Shown here piece by piece: positions 12,695 to 26,206 of a DNA stretch of 64,000 nucleotides. Position 1 is the stretch's first letter; every line of letters begins with the position of its first letter. A model generated the notes under the pieces. It worked only from the letters and a program-made list of their open reading frames with translations, did no database searches and was not told the DNA's origin. Origin of the DNA: Tricharina praecox (lineage: Eukaryota); the NCBI RefSeq assembly GCF_024521635.1, contig NW_026250432.1, forward strand, positions 1 through 64,000. The letters are read 5' to 3'. A program made the translations under genes and the position numbers.

Positions 12695-15361
12695 ATGAGT
12701 TTGACTTTCCAAAATCTACATGAATTGGAATGGGAGCACCGCCGTCGCGGTGAAGCAACTCCAGATCCGGTTACGGCTTTCGTTATCCAACAGCAAGCCC
12801 TGCATGAAAAAGGCGATGCATGGCGTCCGCACATCTCGGATAACAGCGGTGAAATGCGGGGTACGAACCATATCGTGCAGCCGTATGAGGGACGACGCCA
12901 AAAGCGTCGACATCGCGCACGAGAAGAAATTGTTATGCAAGGTATGTATATCTGCTTGCCTATCGCACCGTCGTCGCGGTTTCATCGGTGGGCAATGTTG
13001 ACAACGTTCGTAAGACTCGTGCCGTGATGCTGTTGCGGGCTTTCCAGAAACCAACGTTTCCAGCCGGGAAAGAAAGGCTGAAGCGCATAGGCTGGTGGCC
13101 AGTCCCAGGCAACGCAAGCGAGGACGGGAATGCAGCTCGTCCGGCGGCTCCCTCGATTATGCGGAAAGGCATGCGGACAGGGAAAATTCCCTCATGGTCG
13201 ACGTTCGTGGCGGCGAAGAGGTTGTCTGGGATGGCCGGAAGACCAGGGATTTTCAGAAGAGGGCCCGGCATAAGATGTTAGACAAGAGCCGCAAGACTGC
13301 GAGCAGGGCTATACCGAGCAAACCCTCTCCTCCTCCCAAGAAGAAGAACGGAATGGGAATGGGAGTGGGAATGAGAATGGGAAGGGGAAGGGAAAAGGGA
13401 AAGGGAAAGGAAATGGGGAAGGGCGATACCCTGCTGAAGAAGACAACCCAGGCTGGCGTGACAAGTGGGCATCGAACGGTAGGTACATGGGTTCTAGGGA
13501 GACACATTCATCCATGTCTTGACAATAAGTTGCAGTTGCCAGCGACACACGGCTTGGAGGTTATCAGAAACGGTCGGACACACGTCCCTCTGAGTAGGGG
13601 TCGTATGTGCATGACTTTCCACGACCAGGGCCCTGCTGACGTATCGTATGTAGTACCAGACCTTACGTTTAGCGACATGAGTTTCCTGGGCCAAATGAAG
13701 CCACGGTTACCGGCTGTCGAAGAAAGGCAAGCACCGAGATCCTACAGGGCGACTGGCCGCGAGACGAGCCACGGCACTAGCTTCGTGCCTTCTGGTGGGT
13801 TTCGGGGTCATACTAGGTCGATTTCTGTTGCGAGTGCGCCTGCGCATCGGCGTGAATCACTATCTCGAGGCTCGACGACTATTGCGTCTGGACTGTTGAT
13901 GAGGGAAAGTCTCGATGATCACAATACATCGCCGTCCCTGCGAGAATCGATAACGACCGACTCCGATGCCCACTCCGAGTATTCACTGCAGTTACGACGG
14001 GCTCGTAAATATGGAGGAGGCCCACCAGATGACGATCCGGCAAGAATAACTCCACTGCCGCAGCCTGCAGCAATAATGATAACAACACCTCAGAGGCCCC
14101 AGAAGGACGACAGTCCGCGTCCCACGGAAAGTGGCCCGGCAGGGGAAACGAACCCGAAAGAAGGAGAAAAACCGGTTTGCACTGTCCATATCGCAGCCAT
14201 AGAGGAAGAAGCCTTGCCAGTAAGCTTCACCAATGATAATCACATACTTGTAAGCCCCCGAAGTGGTACTAATATCACGGCAAGTAGGCTTTACATCAGA
14301 CCCCCTCGAGTCCTCTGCACGATTTGATACGTCTCTGTGCAGAGTTTACACCCACGAAGGTCTCCGAGAAAGGACCGATAAACACAGGGCCAACCGATCA
14401 TTACTCCTGCGAGGATGGCCAATCATCGGGGTTTATTGCTGAACCTAATGTCCACACAAACCACAGTCACCAACCGGAATACCACTCTGCTGCGGGGTTC
14501 GTTGGCAATGCTTCAACCCTACATGCGGGAACATATCACACAGATCCGCTTGGCTATACAGAGAACGACATCTTTAATCACAGATCCCACTGCTATGTTC
14601 ACGATCGTGAATCCGAGTATATGTACCCACAACGCATGGAGGCCAGCATCTGGGGGCCTAGCACTGACCCTCACACCCGCCATCACGGAAGTGACTTCAC
14701 ATACGATCACTCGGTCTTTCCCCAGTTTAACGAAAATCACGACCGTCACGACCACCATGACAGCAACCACTACACCGATCATTACAGTCCGCGTAATGAT
14801 CACATCCGCGTCAACCATTACGGCCGAGATGTTACGCCTGGAGAAACGACCTGGAACGTTGAGGATAACTACTTGCGGGACTCGCAGCACCTTTCACAGT
14901 ATGACCAGGAGGACAGTCACATTGTTGCCCCCAGTCGGTCCGGTTCGTATATTCCCGGGAGTCCCTGGAATCGACAAAGGCCTGGAGATTCCCCAAGTCT
15001 AGACATCAGCCACCACCCCGATCGACAACTCGGTAACTATTTCGAATCCGATTCACACTTATCAGAAGGTATCCCAGGAACAAACGTCGAAAGTCAGTTC
15101 GATCTGCGGCCTGAAGAGGATTTTCCGGAGCTTAATATCGAAGATCCCTTTGATCGACACCTACGTGAAGGTTTTGGTATTAGTCTAGACCTGGATGGTG
15201 ATTATCCTTTGGAGCCCAGTGTTGGGCGACAACGCTACGATTCCCCAAGACCGAATACTGGAAGCCACTTTGATCCATATCCTTATCTAGAAGAAGAAAG
15301 TTGGAGGTCAGGGCCTTCATATCAAAATGATCCACTACTGAATGAGTTCTGGAAGGCGTAG
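12695..15361 (+). CDS. Hypothetical, largely disordered fungal protein (multi-exon; start uncertain)
   Basis: Consecutive long + ORFs (12566-13027, 13095-14327, 14324-15361) are linked by GT...AG introns. Motifs DFQKRARHK and VPDLTFSDMSFL resemble a conserved uncharacterised filamentous-fungal family. Confidence 0.55.
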
Positions 15362-15634
15362 TGTTCGTGAAATGACGGTCATTGGTGGAATTTGTTTGCT
15401 ATACACTTTTTAATGTGTGATGGGTGTGAAGCGATTTTATGGGATCAGATCAATGACCGCGGGCTTCAAATGTGTTTCATCATGTGTTTTAAAGCAAGAG
15501 AATCATAGGTGTATTAATTGACCAATGCCCTTTTCCGACATCTGATTTCACGCACAACACCCCCACGAGCCTTAACCATGACAGTGAAAATTACCCTTCC
15601 TCCCCCCTCCCCCGCCATGCTCCCTCCACCTTCA

Positions 15635-16496
15635 TTACTTCGCAGGAGAAGGCGAGGAGATCCCAAGCACAGACGAGATCCGTTCCATATCCTGCGTATG
15701 ACTCACGCGAGCCTCCTCCACCTCCGCCTCCTTCAACTGCGTCCACCGCGCAACGGTGGCGATCCTATTTGTTTTACCGTCAGAACCCACCCCACTACAG
15801 ACAGATGAGAAGCAAGCACATAGACTAGACAGACAGACGGGCGGGAAGGGGAAGGGGAAGGGGAAGGGGAAGCAAGCAGGCAGGCAGGCAGGTACATACT
15901 CGCGACTAAACCGCACGCTCTCGCTCTGTGCGCGGCGGATGGTGTAGAGTTCATGAAGCTATCTCGTGGAACGTCACATCAGCTACCAATCCATTTTCGC
16001 CCAGTCTATAGTAGAGAGAGTGGCTACAGACCCACTCCCAGCTCCTATACTCCTCGAGCAGCGCCTTCTCATCGCTCTCGACGGCGGACAGCTCGTGTGC
16101 GCTCGAGCCGAGGAAGCCAGACCAGTCGTAGTCCGCTTGTGGGGCGAGGAGGTCGTCCGCCGCCCCCGCCCCCGCCCCCGCCGCTGCCGATGCTTGCTTG
16201 GGGGTTTTCTCTGTGGCGGTGGGGTTGGGGGTGGCGGTAGGGGGAGTCCTAGTGGGGGAAGTGCTGGTGGTGGCCCTGGTGCTGGTAGTGGCGCCGGACT
16301 GTGGCGCTGGCGCTGGCGGAAGTAGCGTGGTGAGGGAGGGCGAGTGAGATGCTGGGGCTGGGGATGGGGATGGGATTTGCTGCTGCTGAACTTCTGAGTG
16401 CGCCGGCTCCGGGCCGGTATTGCCGCTGGCACTTGCGCTGGCGCTGCCGGCAGAGGGGATGGCGGATTTGCTGGTGCTGGGGCTGGGGCTCGACAT
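15635..16496 (-). CDS. Conserved hypothetical protein: S/P/T-rich N-terminus, helical C-terminus; 2 introns
   Basis: MSSPSPST...YDWSGFLGSSAHELSAVESDEKALLEEYRSWEW|LHELYTIRRAQSESVRFSRE|IATVARWTQLKEAEVEEARVSH... Confidence 0.55.
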
Positions 16497-17266
16497 TTTG
16501 GTTTTATTTGGTTTATTTGTTTGGTTTTAATTTGTTTTTGTTTTCGGACGGGTTTGTTTATTTTTTTTGGCGGTGGTTTTGTACCTTTTTGAATGACTGG
16601 TTGGTTGGCTGGAGTGGTCGGAATGGTTGGAGTGGTCGGAATGGAGTGGTTGGAATGAAGGTACTTTGGTTGTTGGTCTTTGGTCGTCGGGCGTTGGTGC
16701 TGGTCGTTGCTGGTGCTGGTGCTGGGTCGTGGTTGAACGAGCAAGACCTTGCTCGTGAGCCCTCAGCCCTACTGGGCTGAGCTCGGCCACTGGCGGGACG
16801 TGGCGAAGCCTAAGGGCCGACAGGCCGGGTGACGCATTGAACACTAGGACCCGGACGTACGCGGGCCTATGTAGTGCGCCTGTGTGGTGGTCACTGGTCA
16901 CTGGTGGTGGGGATCTGGGCCCGCCTACAAGGTATGCGGATAAGATGTAGGCTATCTCCATAGAACGATGTCATCGACTCATCGTGTAACCTGAACTACA
17001 TTAAACGCCGCCGCAGCTCGCCCCCCAGCTCAAGCGCGTAGTAAGTAGGGCAGGTACATAGCTCGACGATAGATAAACCACTACACGACACTAGTAGCTG
17101 GAAGTGGAGCTTCGATCGATGCGCAACCCACACGCTCACACACATACACACACACACGCACACGCACAACCTCCGTCTCCACGTCCACCTGTAGTTGCCA
17201 TCTCCACCACTGTCCGCAGCCTAGATGCCTCCCGATATACCATACAGTGCCAACCGAACCCTACCC

Positions 17267-18663
17267 ATGAGCTTGACGCACTGCCAGATCTGCGACACCC
17301 GCGCGGCGCGGCTCACGTGCGCGCCGTGCACGCAGGCTTCGCTGTGGCCACGGCGCACCGAGTTCCTATTTCTCGCGGCGGAGCGCGATGGCGCCGCGGA
17401 GCGTGTACACGAGTATCTCGAAGCCTCTGGGAGCGCGAGGGGAGCACTGGACGACTGCCGGGTCAAGAGCGATGAGAAGCGTGAAGAGTACAGAAGGATT
17501 AATGATGTATTGATGGGAGGTATGTTGCCCCCTCCGACACTAGGATGGGGAAAGGGGGGGCGGCGGCTGATCTGGGTTGTGTGGGATAGAGAGGAAGAGG
17601 ATGGAGATGCTGCGAGCGGAGAATCGTTCGAGACGGCGGAAACTTGAGGCGGCGAGGGAGGCGGCGCTCGGTGAACAGGCCAGGGTCGATACGCTCAAGG
17701 CGGAGATTAAGCGGCTCAACCAGAAGACGAAGATTCTGTGCTCGAGGATGGCGGAGGCGCGGAGTTTTCTGTGTCGCGATGCGGCGGGGCTGGTGGGGCT
17801 GCGGTTGAAGAGACGGAAGAGTGGCAAGGTCGAGTATCTCATCGGCGGAGTGCTGATTCCGAACCTGTTGACGGACCTGAGTGGTAGGCAGATCTCCGGG
17901 GGGATATGGGAACGCTGTGATACTGATGACGGGGATTTGGATAGTACATCCGCACACGAGCATCAACGTCTCACTCGACCACCTCGCCCGCCTCGTCGTC
18001 CTGGTTTCCCACTACCTCGGTCTCAAGCTCCCGAACGAAATCACCCTTCCGCACCGCGGGAACCCCTACACCACCGTCCGCGGGCAACTCAACAACCGGC
18101 ACATGGCGGTGCGGCCACTAGTGGCCGACTCCCCACTACCAGTGATGGCGCGCGAGAACACCACGGCGCACTCCAAACTCGTCGAGGGGATCTCTATGCT
18201 CGCGCTCGACATCGCGTGGCTGTGCTACTCGCAGGGGCTCTTCGCCAACGAAGTCGAGGACGCCAGCAACATTGGCTACTGTATGTGGAAGCTGCTGGTT
18301 GCAAAAGACAGCACTGCCGTCACGAGCCCGGCCTTCGGCCGTATGTCGCACGCAACCATCAACGGGAACCTGACGCTCGCCCGCCACGAGCCCGTCATGG
18401 CCGGCTTCAGACTGAGATACAACCTCATTGCGGACCGCATACGCACCACGCTGCAGGGCGAGACCATGGTCGCCGACTGGGACATGGTGGCCGACGCTGA
18501 GGAACACGATAGTGCCACGTCGCGCAGGAGGTCGGTCCCCGATGCGGAAATAGACTCGTTTGAGGACGCAGCACTCAGCTTTCCGGCGGGGCCGGCGAGT
18601 AGCGGCGGGGGCGTGGGGAAGTGGACGCGGATTCGGTCGAGGAACGATGGCAGCGTTGGGTAG
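17267..18663 (+). CDS. Atg14/Vps38 (UVRAG-like) PI3K-complex subunit, 2 introns
   Basis: N-terminal CQIC...CAPC cysteine motif, a long coiled coil, then LVVLVSHYLGLKLPNEITLP and LALDIAWLCYSQG, typical of the fungal Atg14/UVRAG family. Confidence 0.75.
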
Positions 18664-19190
18664 CGAGCTGTGACTGACTGACTGTTTGTATTTTTCTTTC
18701 TCGTCTTACAGCTGGTTTCTTTTCACTACTTGACGGGTTCGCGGAGTTTGGAGTGGCGCACTTCTGCTTGGGCGGGAATGAATATATGTATATACTGATA
18801 TTGTTCGTTATACACGGAAGCGGGAGGGGGGAGGGGGGGTGGACGTCTCGCCGACCACCAGTATTCAATGCCGGGATCTTTGTGATCTTTGTGGAATCAA
18901 AGGGTTCCGTCTCGTTTGTGCGCTGGGGCGGGGGGCCATTCGAGCGTCTGTCGGTGGCCATTCAATGCCACGGCTGTAGGATAGGCTATCTTCTCCAGTT
19001 CTATTGCATTGGTGATCATAGAGAAGATACATGTGTGCAACGATCAATCCAAAAGTAGCGCCCATAACACCCAAACCACCTATATACAATCATCATCATC
19101 CGTCATTCATATGAGATCAATCAACCATCAATCCGTACTCCAAGTATCATAAATCGAAGTATATGTCAATCACAGCCCCCACCCCCGCAT

Positions 19191-21229
19191 CTAGACCTTC
19201 TCCATCTCCACCTCCTCGCTCTTCCCGGCCTTCTGCTTCCTACTCATCGCCGGCTGACTCGAGTTCAACTTATCACTGAGGTGGTGCCTACCCACACCCA
19301 CACTAGCGACGACCGCACACAGCGCGATCGCGAGGAAGAACCACCACATAGCGCGCATTCCGGTAGCATAAGCGTCCTGCGCAGCCTCTTGCTGTCCTTG
19401 GTCAAGGGACTTGATGAACTCGATGCTGGCGCTCGCGCTCTCGCCGCCGATCCTCTTTGCGACGTCGTCACTGAGGCCGCCTTCGGTAGTCGTCTTCGCC
19501 ATCGTATTCCCAAAGACGACGAGTCCCAGCGATATCGCCAGCGCGGTGCCAAGCGTCCGCAGGAATGCGAACGTGGTTGTCGCGGTGGCCATGTCCGCCG
19601 GCGCTACGGTCGCGTGGATAGCGATCAGCGGGGACTGGAATAAAGGCCCGCTGCCGATTCCGCCGAGAAGCTGGTAGATCACCAGCTCCGACCAGCCGGA
19701 GGTGCGCGTCAGCTTCACGAGCAGCCCGAAGCCCACCGTTTGGATCAACACGCCGAACCAGATCACTTCCTGGTAACGGCCGGAGCGGGAGATGAGGACG
19801 CCGGAGAGCGCGGCGGCAAGAGAGAGGACCACGACGTAGGGGAGGACGTAGACGCCCGAGAGGAGGGGTGTGGCCCCGCGCACTGCTTGGAAGTACAGCG
19901 GCAGGAAGTAGCAGCCCGCGATGAATACGAAGCCGTGGAAGAACGCGATGGAGTAGCACGAAATGCTGGTAAGGTGCGTGAACAGCCGCAGCGGCATGAT
20001 GGGCTGCGACGCGAAGCGGTATTCTACCAGCAGGAACAGCAACATCAGCAGCACGCCGACGGCGAGGAAGCACACGACGATGGGTGACCCCCACGGGTGC
20101 GTCAGGCCGCCGAATTCGAGGCCGACGAGGAATAGGATCACCCCAGTGACGATCAGGAAGGTCCCGAGCCAGTCCACCCGCTTGATCCCCGCCCCGAGCG
20201 AAATCGTGGGGGATTGAAGGTGCAGGAAGAGGTACAGCCCCAGGATCGCGATGAAGCCCATCGGAATGTTGATGATGAAGCAGAAGCGCCAGCCCCAGCT
20301 CGCCATGCCCGTGAACACGCCGCCGAGGACGGGGCCGATGGCGGATGCGGCCGCCCAGGTCATACCGACGTACGAAAGGTACAGTCCACGCTCACTATAG
20401 CACCCCCACCATTAGACTAGAAAACTCGAGTTTGATCATCAGAGCGGAGAACACATACCGCATGGTGACAATGTCCGATATCGTAACATTGACCAGACTC
20501 AACTGGCCACCCGCACCGAGCCCTTGGATGATCCGGCCCAAGAGCATAAGCTCGATCCCGTTCGCCGCTGCACACAGGACACTCCCGATCATGAACAACA
20601 CTGCGGCAGCAAGAAGCACCGGTTTTCGGCCCCAGATGTCACTGAACTTTCCCCACGACGGCATGAAGCTAGATGATACAGTCAGCCGACAACTTGACGA
20701 GTGTGTGTGATGGAGCTGAGGGGGGGACTAACGCAGCAGATGCGAGAAGATACGAGCTGCCGATCCAGGTGTACGCCGACGGCGACTGGAACTCTCCAGC
20801 TATCACGGGAATCGCCGTGGTGATGATTGTCTGGTCCAAAGCGGACAGGAAGACGCACAACTATTACGGTTACTCGTCAGCTTCTGTTTCTTTCCCTCGT
20901 CTGTCTCTCCCCTGGTTGAGGCCTACACATAACGACAGTACAATGAGAAATTTACTCTTGCGACTGAGTTCCTCCTGCTCCAATTCGGGCTCCGCCGGCT
21001 GTTTTTCCGGCTGTGGCGCCGCCGCTGTGGCACCCGCAGCATCCTCCATCCTGGCCGCCGTGGACGTACTGGCACTATCCTCGAGCTCGTTGAGCTTCTC
21101 CGACTCAAGAGACGTTATCGACGCGTTGGCTGTATTTGTATTTGTTGTCGTTATTGTTGTTGTTGTCGTCGTCGGTAGTGGCGATCCTGTTTGCATGTCC
21201 ACTCCCACTCCCGAAGTCTTTGGGTCCAT
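19191..21229 (-). CDS. MFS drug:H+ antiporter, DHA2 (14-TMS) family, 3 introns
   Basis: VFLSALDQTIITTAIP, WGKFSDIWGRK (motif A), GRIIQGLG, GPVLGG, FFHGFVF..YFLPLYFQAVRG. Confidence 0.92.
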
Positions 21230-22815
21230 AACTAACGAACGACACACGCACACACACGCACACACTTCAAGCTTTTCGAGCCTGGGGCTTCAAGATGATC
21301 GATCAGTACCGTATCCGAACGTGTTGGTTGTTGTTCGTATGTCCGTATGTATGTACGAGGCACTTCCGTATGTACAATACCAGTACTTCCGACTTCCGAC
21401 TTCCGACTTTCGACTTGGAGTTCAGCTGAAGAATGAAGAGAAAAAAAAACCCCGTAGTTAAACGCACGGGCTTCCCGCTTCTTTATACCCTTGGCCTGGC
21501 CTCAGTGGCCTGGCCCGCGGCGCGGGACCTACTTACCTACCCTCTTCATGCTTCATGCAGCTACCTACTCTACTACCTATCTATACTGTACATATCTGTC
21601 GGCAGCGGCCTGGGGAACGGACGTCATCTTCATCCTAACCTACCTAACCTACCGAACCTACCCAGCCGAACTCAACCTAACATCTGACCGACTACCTACG
21701 TCTAGAGCAGACGAAACGAACGTGCGGTGGTTTGATAGAAGGTACATAGAACATAGAACATGAAGCAAACTGGCAGCTGTCCCATCCGTTCTATGTTTCT
21801 GTTTTACATTCTCGCCACGCCGGAACAGACAGACGTCGAGGGGGGAGGCGTCAAAGAAAAGTACCGTCTGTACCGTACGTGCTGTGCAAAGAAGTAGGTA
21901 CTCTAGATGTCTGGCCCATGTGGACTGGTTGGGTAACTTTGTAAGTCATAAGTCACAGAGTAGATGTCGGCTTTACCCGTGCGCCACTCGCCGGATCGTC
22001 GGCTCGCCATGCAAGAAACACCACTCGGCGCGGCCATCTCCGTTTCTTGTGGGCAATCGATGGGCGGGTGGAGATACCACTACAGACATGCCAGGATCCA
22101 TGATGGCCACTTCCTTTCTATTTTGTGGGTACATGAGGAAGAAAGTTGAGTCGAGCCTTTTCAAAAGAGGTGTCAAGAGCAAAGAGCAAAGGAAGGAAGA
22201 GTTTGCTGTGCACGTATATAGGACGGTATGAGCACCCAGAATGACTGTTTGCAGAGCAGGCAGAATTACATCGCCCGGTTTGCTACGGCAGCTGTGGCAG
22301 CTGTACGGGAGGCGGGCGGGCGGGGTCGAGATAACTACCGGTTTCTGCAGAAGTCCATTACCCACTGCGCATTACATATTTCGCACCACGAGGTCCCGCC
22401 TCCTCCTCCCCAGTCTCTCCAGTCGATTATCCCCCACTTCGGTTCGGGTCGCTTATTTATGTTTTACCTTTATCTCCCCCCCCAATCCCAGCCACAGCCC
22501 AGTCCAGCCCCAGCGCCATTGGCGGCGGCGTGCGCCGTGCGCTGGACATCACTATCACTCAGCCCCCCCTCCCGCAGCGACCAACAGCGACCAACAGCAG
22601 TGAACAGCAGTGAACAGCTCCTGATTCAGCGCGCGCCTGCGACTTCCCTTTCCTTTCCTTTCCCTTCGTTCGTAGAGCACTAGTACTGGGTAGTATAGTA
22701 GAGTAGACACGCCCACCCACGTGCCCGCCCGCCTGCCCCACGCCCCGCCCACCTGCGCGCGACGACGCGTTCGGTGTTCGCCCATCCCACCCACCTTCAC
22801 TCCCGCACAACCACC

Positions 22816-23175
22816 ATGTCCTCCACCACAACTAGCACGTCAGAAGCAGACCTCCAAAAAGTCTCCCCTCCTCCCTTATTCCCCCTACCTTCTCCCCCCT
22901 CCTTCTCCCCCTCCCCCTACCCATAGTCACCCCGCTGACCCAGCGAGAAATAAAAGGAACTCGAAACCCTCCGCACCCTCCGCGCGGCGCTGGAGAGCGT
23001 GAAGCAGCTGGTCGGCAACGTGCGCGCGGATGTGGCCACCATGCGGGGGAACTACGATGCTGTGACGCGGGTGGAGGAGCGGCTCGAGGGGGTTTTCGGG
23101 TTTGCTTCTGGCGAGGCTGCGGCTGATGGGGAGGAGGGGCTGAAGAAGGGGGGAAGGTTTGGGAGAAGGGAGTGA
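22816..23175 (+). CDS. Small (87 aa) coiled-coil protein, possibly a DASH-complex (Duo1/Dad2-like) subunit; not in the ORF track
   Basis: Exons 22816-22860 and 22957-23175 (branch GCTGAC, acceptor AAG) give MSSTTTSTSEADLQK|ELETLRTLRAALESVKQLVGNVRADVATMRGNYDAVTRVEERLEGVF...; exon 2 has strongly GC3-biased, coding-like codon usage. Confidence 0.5.
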
Positions 23176-24275
23176 ATGGACGCGCGAGGGCGTGGGGATC
23201 AGTAAGGCATGCATGGAGCGGTAGAGAAGCGAGCGATAGTTCTGTTCAGTTCTGTTCCATTTCTAGGCGCAACAGATACCAGACACCAGCCAATCCCGAG
23301 CCAATCCTCAGTTAGTCGTAATATACTCATTTCCCAGTCATTTCTCCGTGCGATCCCAAAGCCACACATCCCCATTCCCGTTACATGATTCCCTCCCATT
23401 CCATTCCATATCCCTACCGTATCCCATATCCAATCCCCCAAATTCCCAATTCCCAATTCCCAATCCCAATCCCGTTCCCCCCTCCTTCCTTCCTTCCTCC
23501 CCGCCCTATCCAATCCACCCCAGTCCACCTACCCAGTCCACCCACCCAGTCCACCACCCAGCTCACCCATTCCAGCCCAATCCAAGCAATCGTTCAACGA
23601 GCGTATTATCCGATCCTGCACCCCCCATCCCAGTAGTATTCTAGAATAACAAAAAGCGAAAGTAAGTTGGCGGCGACCGAGCCTGCAGTACGTACGATAG
23701 AGTAGGTAATAGTAGTAAGGTACTTTTGTACTCGTACAATCAATAGAGAAGCCTCCACGGAAGGGGGAAAAGGGGGGTTAGAGAAGAAGAGGAACCAAAA
23801 AAAAGATCACGCAAAAAAAGAAAACAAAAGAAGAAAAAAACGTTATCCGCTAGCAAATGCAATCCAAACCCAGACATGCAGATTAACAAAAAGAGTAAAT
23901 AGAAAAAAGGATTTGAAGAAATAAAAAGGCAGGTGTGATGGAGGAAACATTGCAAGAAGCAAGCAAGCCGAATGATTGCGATTGCGATGGCAAAATCGAA
24001 GCCTGGCCAGCAATACATGCAGGCGGATACAAGTAGAAGGCGAACCAACTCCAAAGTTGAAAAGCATAATCGGCAGCTCAGCTTAGCTTCCCCCAGCCGA
24101 AATCCAAACGAAGGAACCATAGACGGCAGAAGACCCAAGACGAGCACCTTCCCATCCAACAATCGTGTCGTTAAAGTCCATGTCTATGCCGTGTCGTTGC
24201 GTTCTGAGACAAAAGGATGAGACGAATGCAGCCACACGACACGACTCGGCACTCGGCGATGCGATGGAAAAGTCA

Positions 24276-26206
24276 CTAACTATTTTTCGGTCTTTTCGCC
24301 GTCGAACTTTCCGACTGGTCCGACTCGGGTGATCGTCTTTTGTTGTTTCCGTTTGTCTCGGACTCGCTCTTGAAGAAAGGCGCAGGATTCGGCCCAACGG
24401 GTGTCTGGAAGTTGAGTGGACTGGGCAGCATGCTGTCACCGCCTGCACCAGAACGTGAGAACGCATTCGTTCCCATATTGTCCATCCAGCCGGAGTAAAA
24501 CCCTCCCGGCGACGGGAGCATGGCATCCATGAAACGGCTTGGTAATGCGGACATCGGTGTTTGTTCGGGCTGACTGCTGTGCAAGTTCGCTGGGGGCCGT
24601 GAGAAAGGATTGGTGGGACCGGTGGCGCCTGCACTCAAGAGTCCCCCTATGCTGTGGCTGGGGGACGGGGGTGGCAGTACGACTGGTCCATTCTCATTGC
24701 CCGGACGAGCAGACACATTCCCGGCATTTCCGCTTGTGTCCCTGGGGGATGCATCCGGGCTACCGGCATCCGAATCCTCACTAGGAATTCGCACCTTCAG
24801 CTTCGGCCGCATTCCAGCAGACTTGGGGTCTGCCATGCTATTGTTCCGTGAGGGTGGTGGCGGGGGCGATGTGGACAAGGGCGGTAATGGGATTGGGGGC
24901 GGTATTGGCTTCTCCTCTGTCTTTGCCGCATTTCCACTGCCTCCACTTTGATTCGCGCTGGTCTCTATGGGGGGTGGCCGAGATTCCCGCGCGCCAAAGC
25001 CAAAGTGCGCCGCAAGCATGGAATCACTCGGACCGATAGGTGTGAACATGCTACGAGATTTCGCTGGTGCTCTTTTGTGCTCCATCGGCTGTGGTGGTGG
25101 AGGTGGTTCGGAACGCGTGGCCTGCTCGTTCTCGGGAGCAGATGACTCGACATTGTACACCAGTGGCATTGATTGCCGCCTGCTATTCTCGTAGTCCGAC
25201 TGTGGCTGCGATGTCTGTGACGGCTGGTGGTGCTGCGGTGGTGGTGGCTGCGCATACTGTGGATATTGCATCTGGCTCAAGTTGGATGGTTGCATCATCT
25301 GCCCGCCATACACCGGCGGAGGAGGCGGCTGGTGATGCTGTTGCTGATGCTGATGCTGCTGTGGCTGCTGCTGTGGGTGTTGGGGCGGGTGTTGCATGTA
25401 TGCATACCCATTCTGATGTGAAGGAGGCTGACTCGCAGGATACCCGTTCGGAGGCACGAGATTTGAGCTATTACGCCGAATTTGATTCCTCGACGATGGG
25501 CGCGTCATCGGTTGCGGCGTTCCAACACGAGGTCCCATCGGATAACCTGATGGACCGACAAGGGTTTTCGACATGTTTGGGGGAGAAGCAGAAGCGGTAT
25601 GTTGTCGATTCAAATGGGGCGGTGGATGCTGCATGTGGTGCGGCAGCGGATGATCGTTCGAAGAGTGTGAACCAGCGCGGTCAGCACCTATGATCGCGTC
25701 GTCGTCATCATCATCATCCATCAGATCCTTCTTCCCGAAGTCGCCTGGTCCTTTCGTCTCATGCGCCGTCTCGTACTGCAGCCAGAAAGTCAATATCCAC
25801 AGCAAAGAAAGCAGGCAAGCGGAAACTCGCGGAAAACATACGTATGAATGTCTGTTGATCATCTCATTCACGTCACCGGAGCAGTACTGGTATAACTTCT
25901 TGTTACCACTAAAGATGATGACCGCGACGTCTACCGAGCACAGCACGGAAAGTTCATGCGCCTTCTTGAACAGACCACCTTTTCGCTTCAGGAATGTACT
26001 ATGCGAGGGCAAACAGTCAGGATCTCCGAAACGGGCCGGTGAGGGAAAGGAAGCGATTCACGTACACTGAGCGATTCCGGTCATCCTTAATCGGCTTTAT
26101 TTCAATCTACGACCAAACAAGTAGACGTTAGCATTCATGGCCGCGCAATAAACGAGACGCGCCAGTGACCGTTGGGAGGATAAATGCACACCTTTCTTCG
26201 ACCCAT
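24276..26206 (-). CDS. rlmA: MEF2-type MADS-box transcription factor (RlmA/Rlm1/Smp1-like), 3 introns
   Basis: [48 protein letters not shown] (MADS box); C-terminal [25 protein letters not shown] and [11 protein letters not shown] motifs. Confidence 0.92.
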
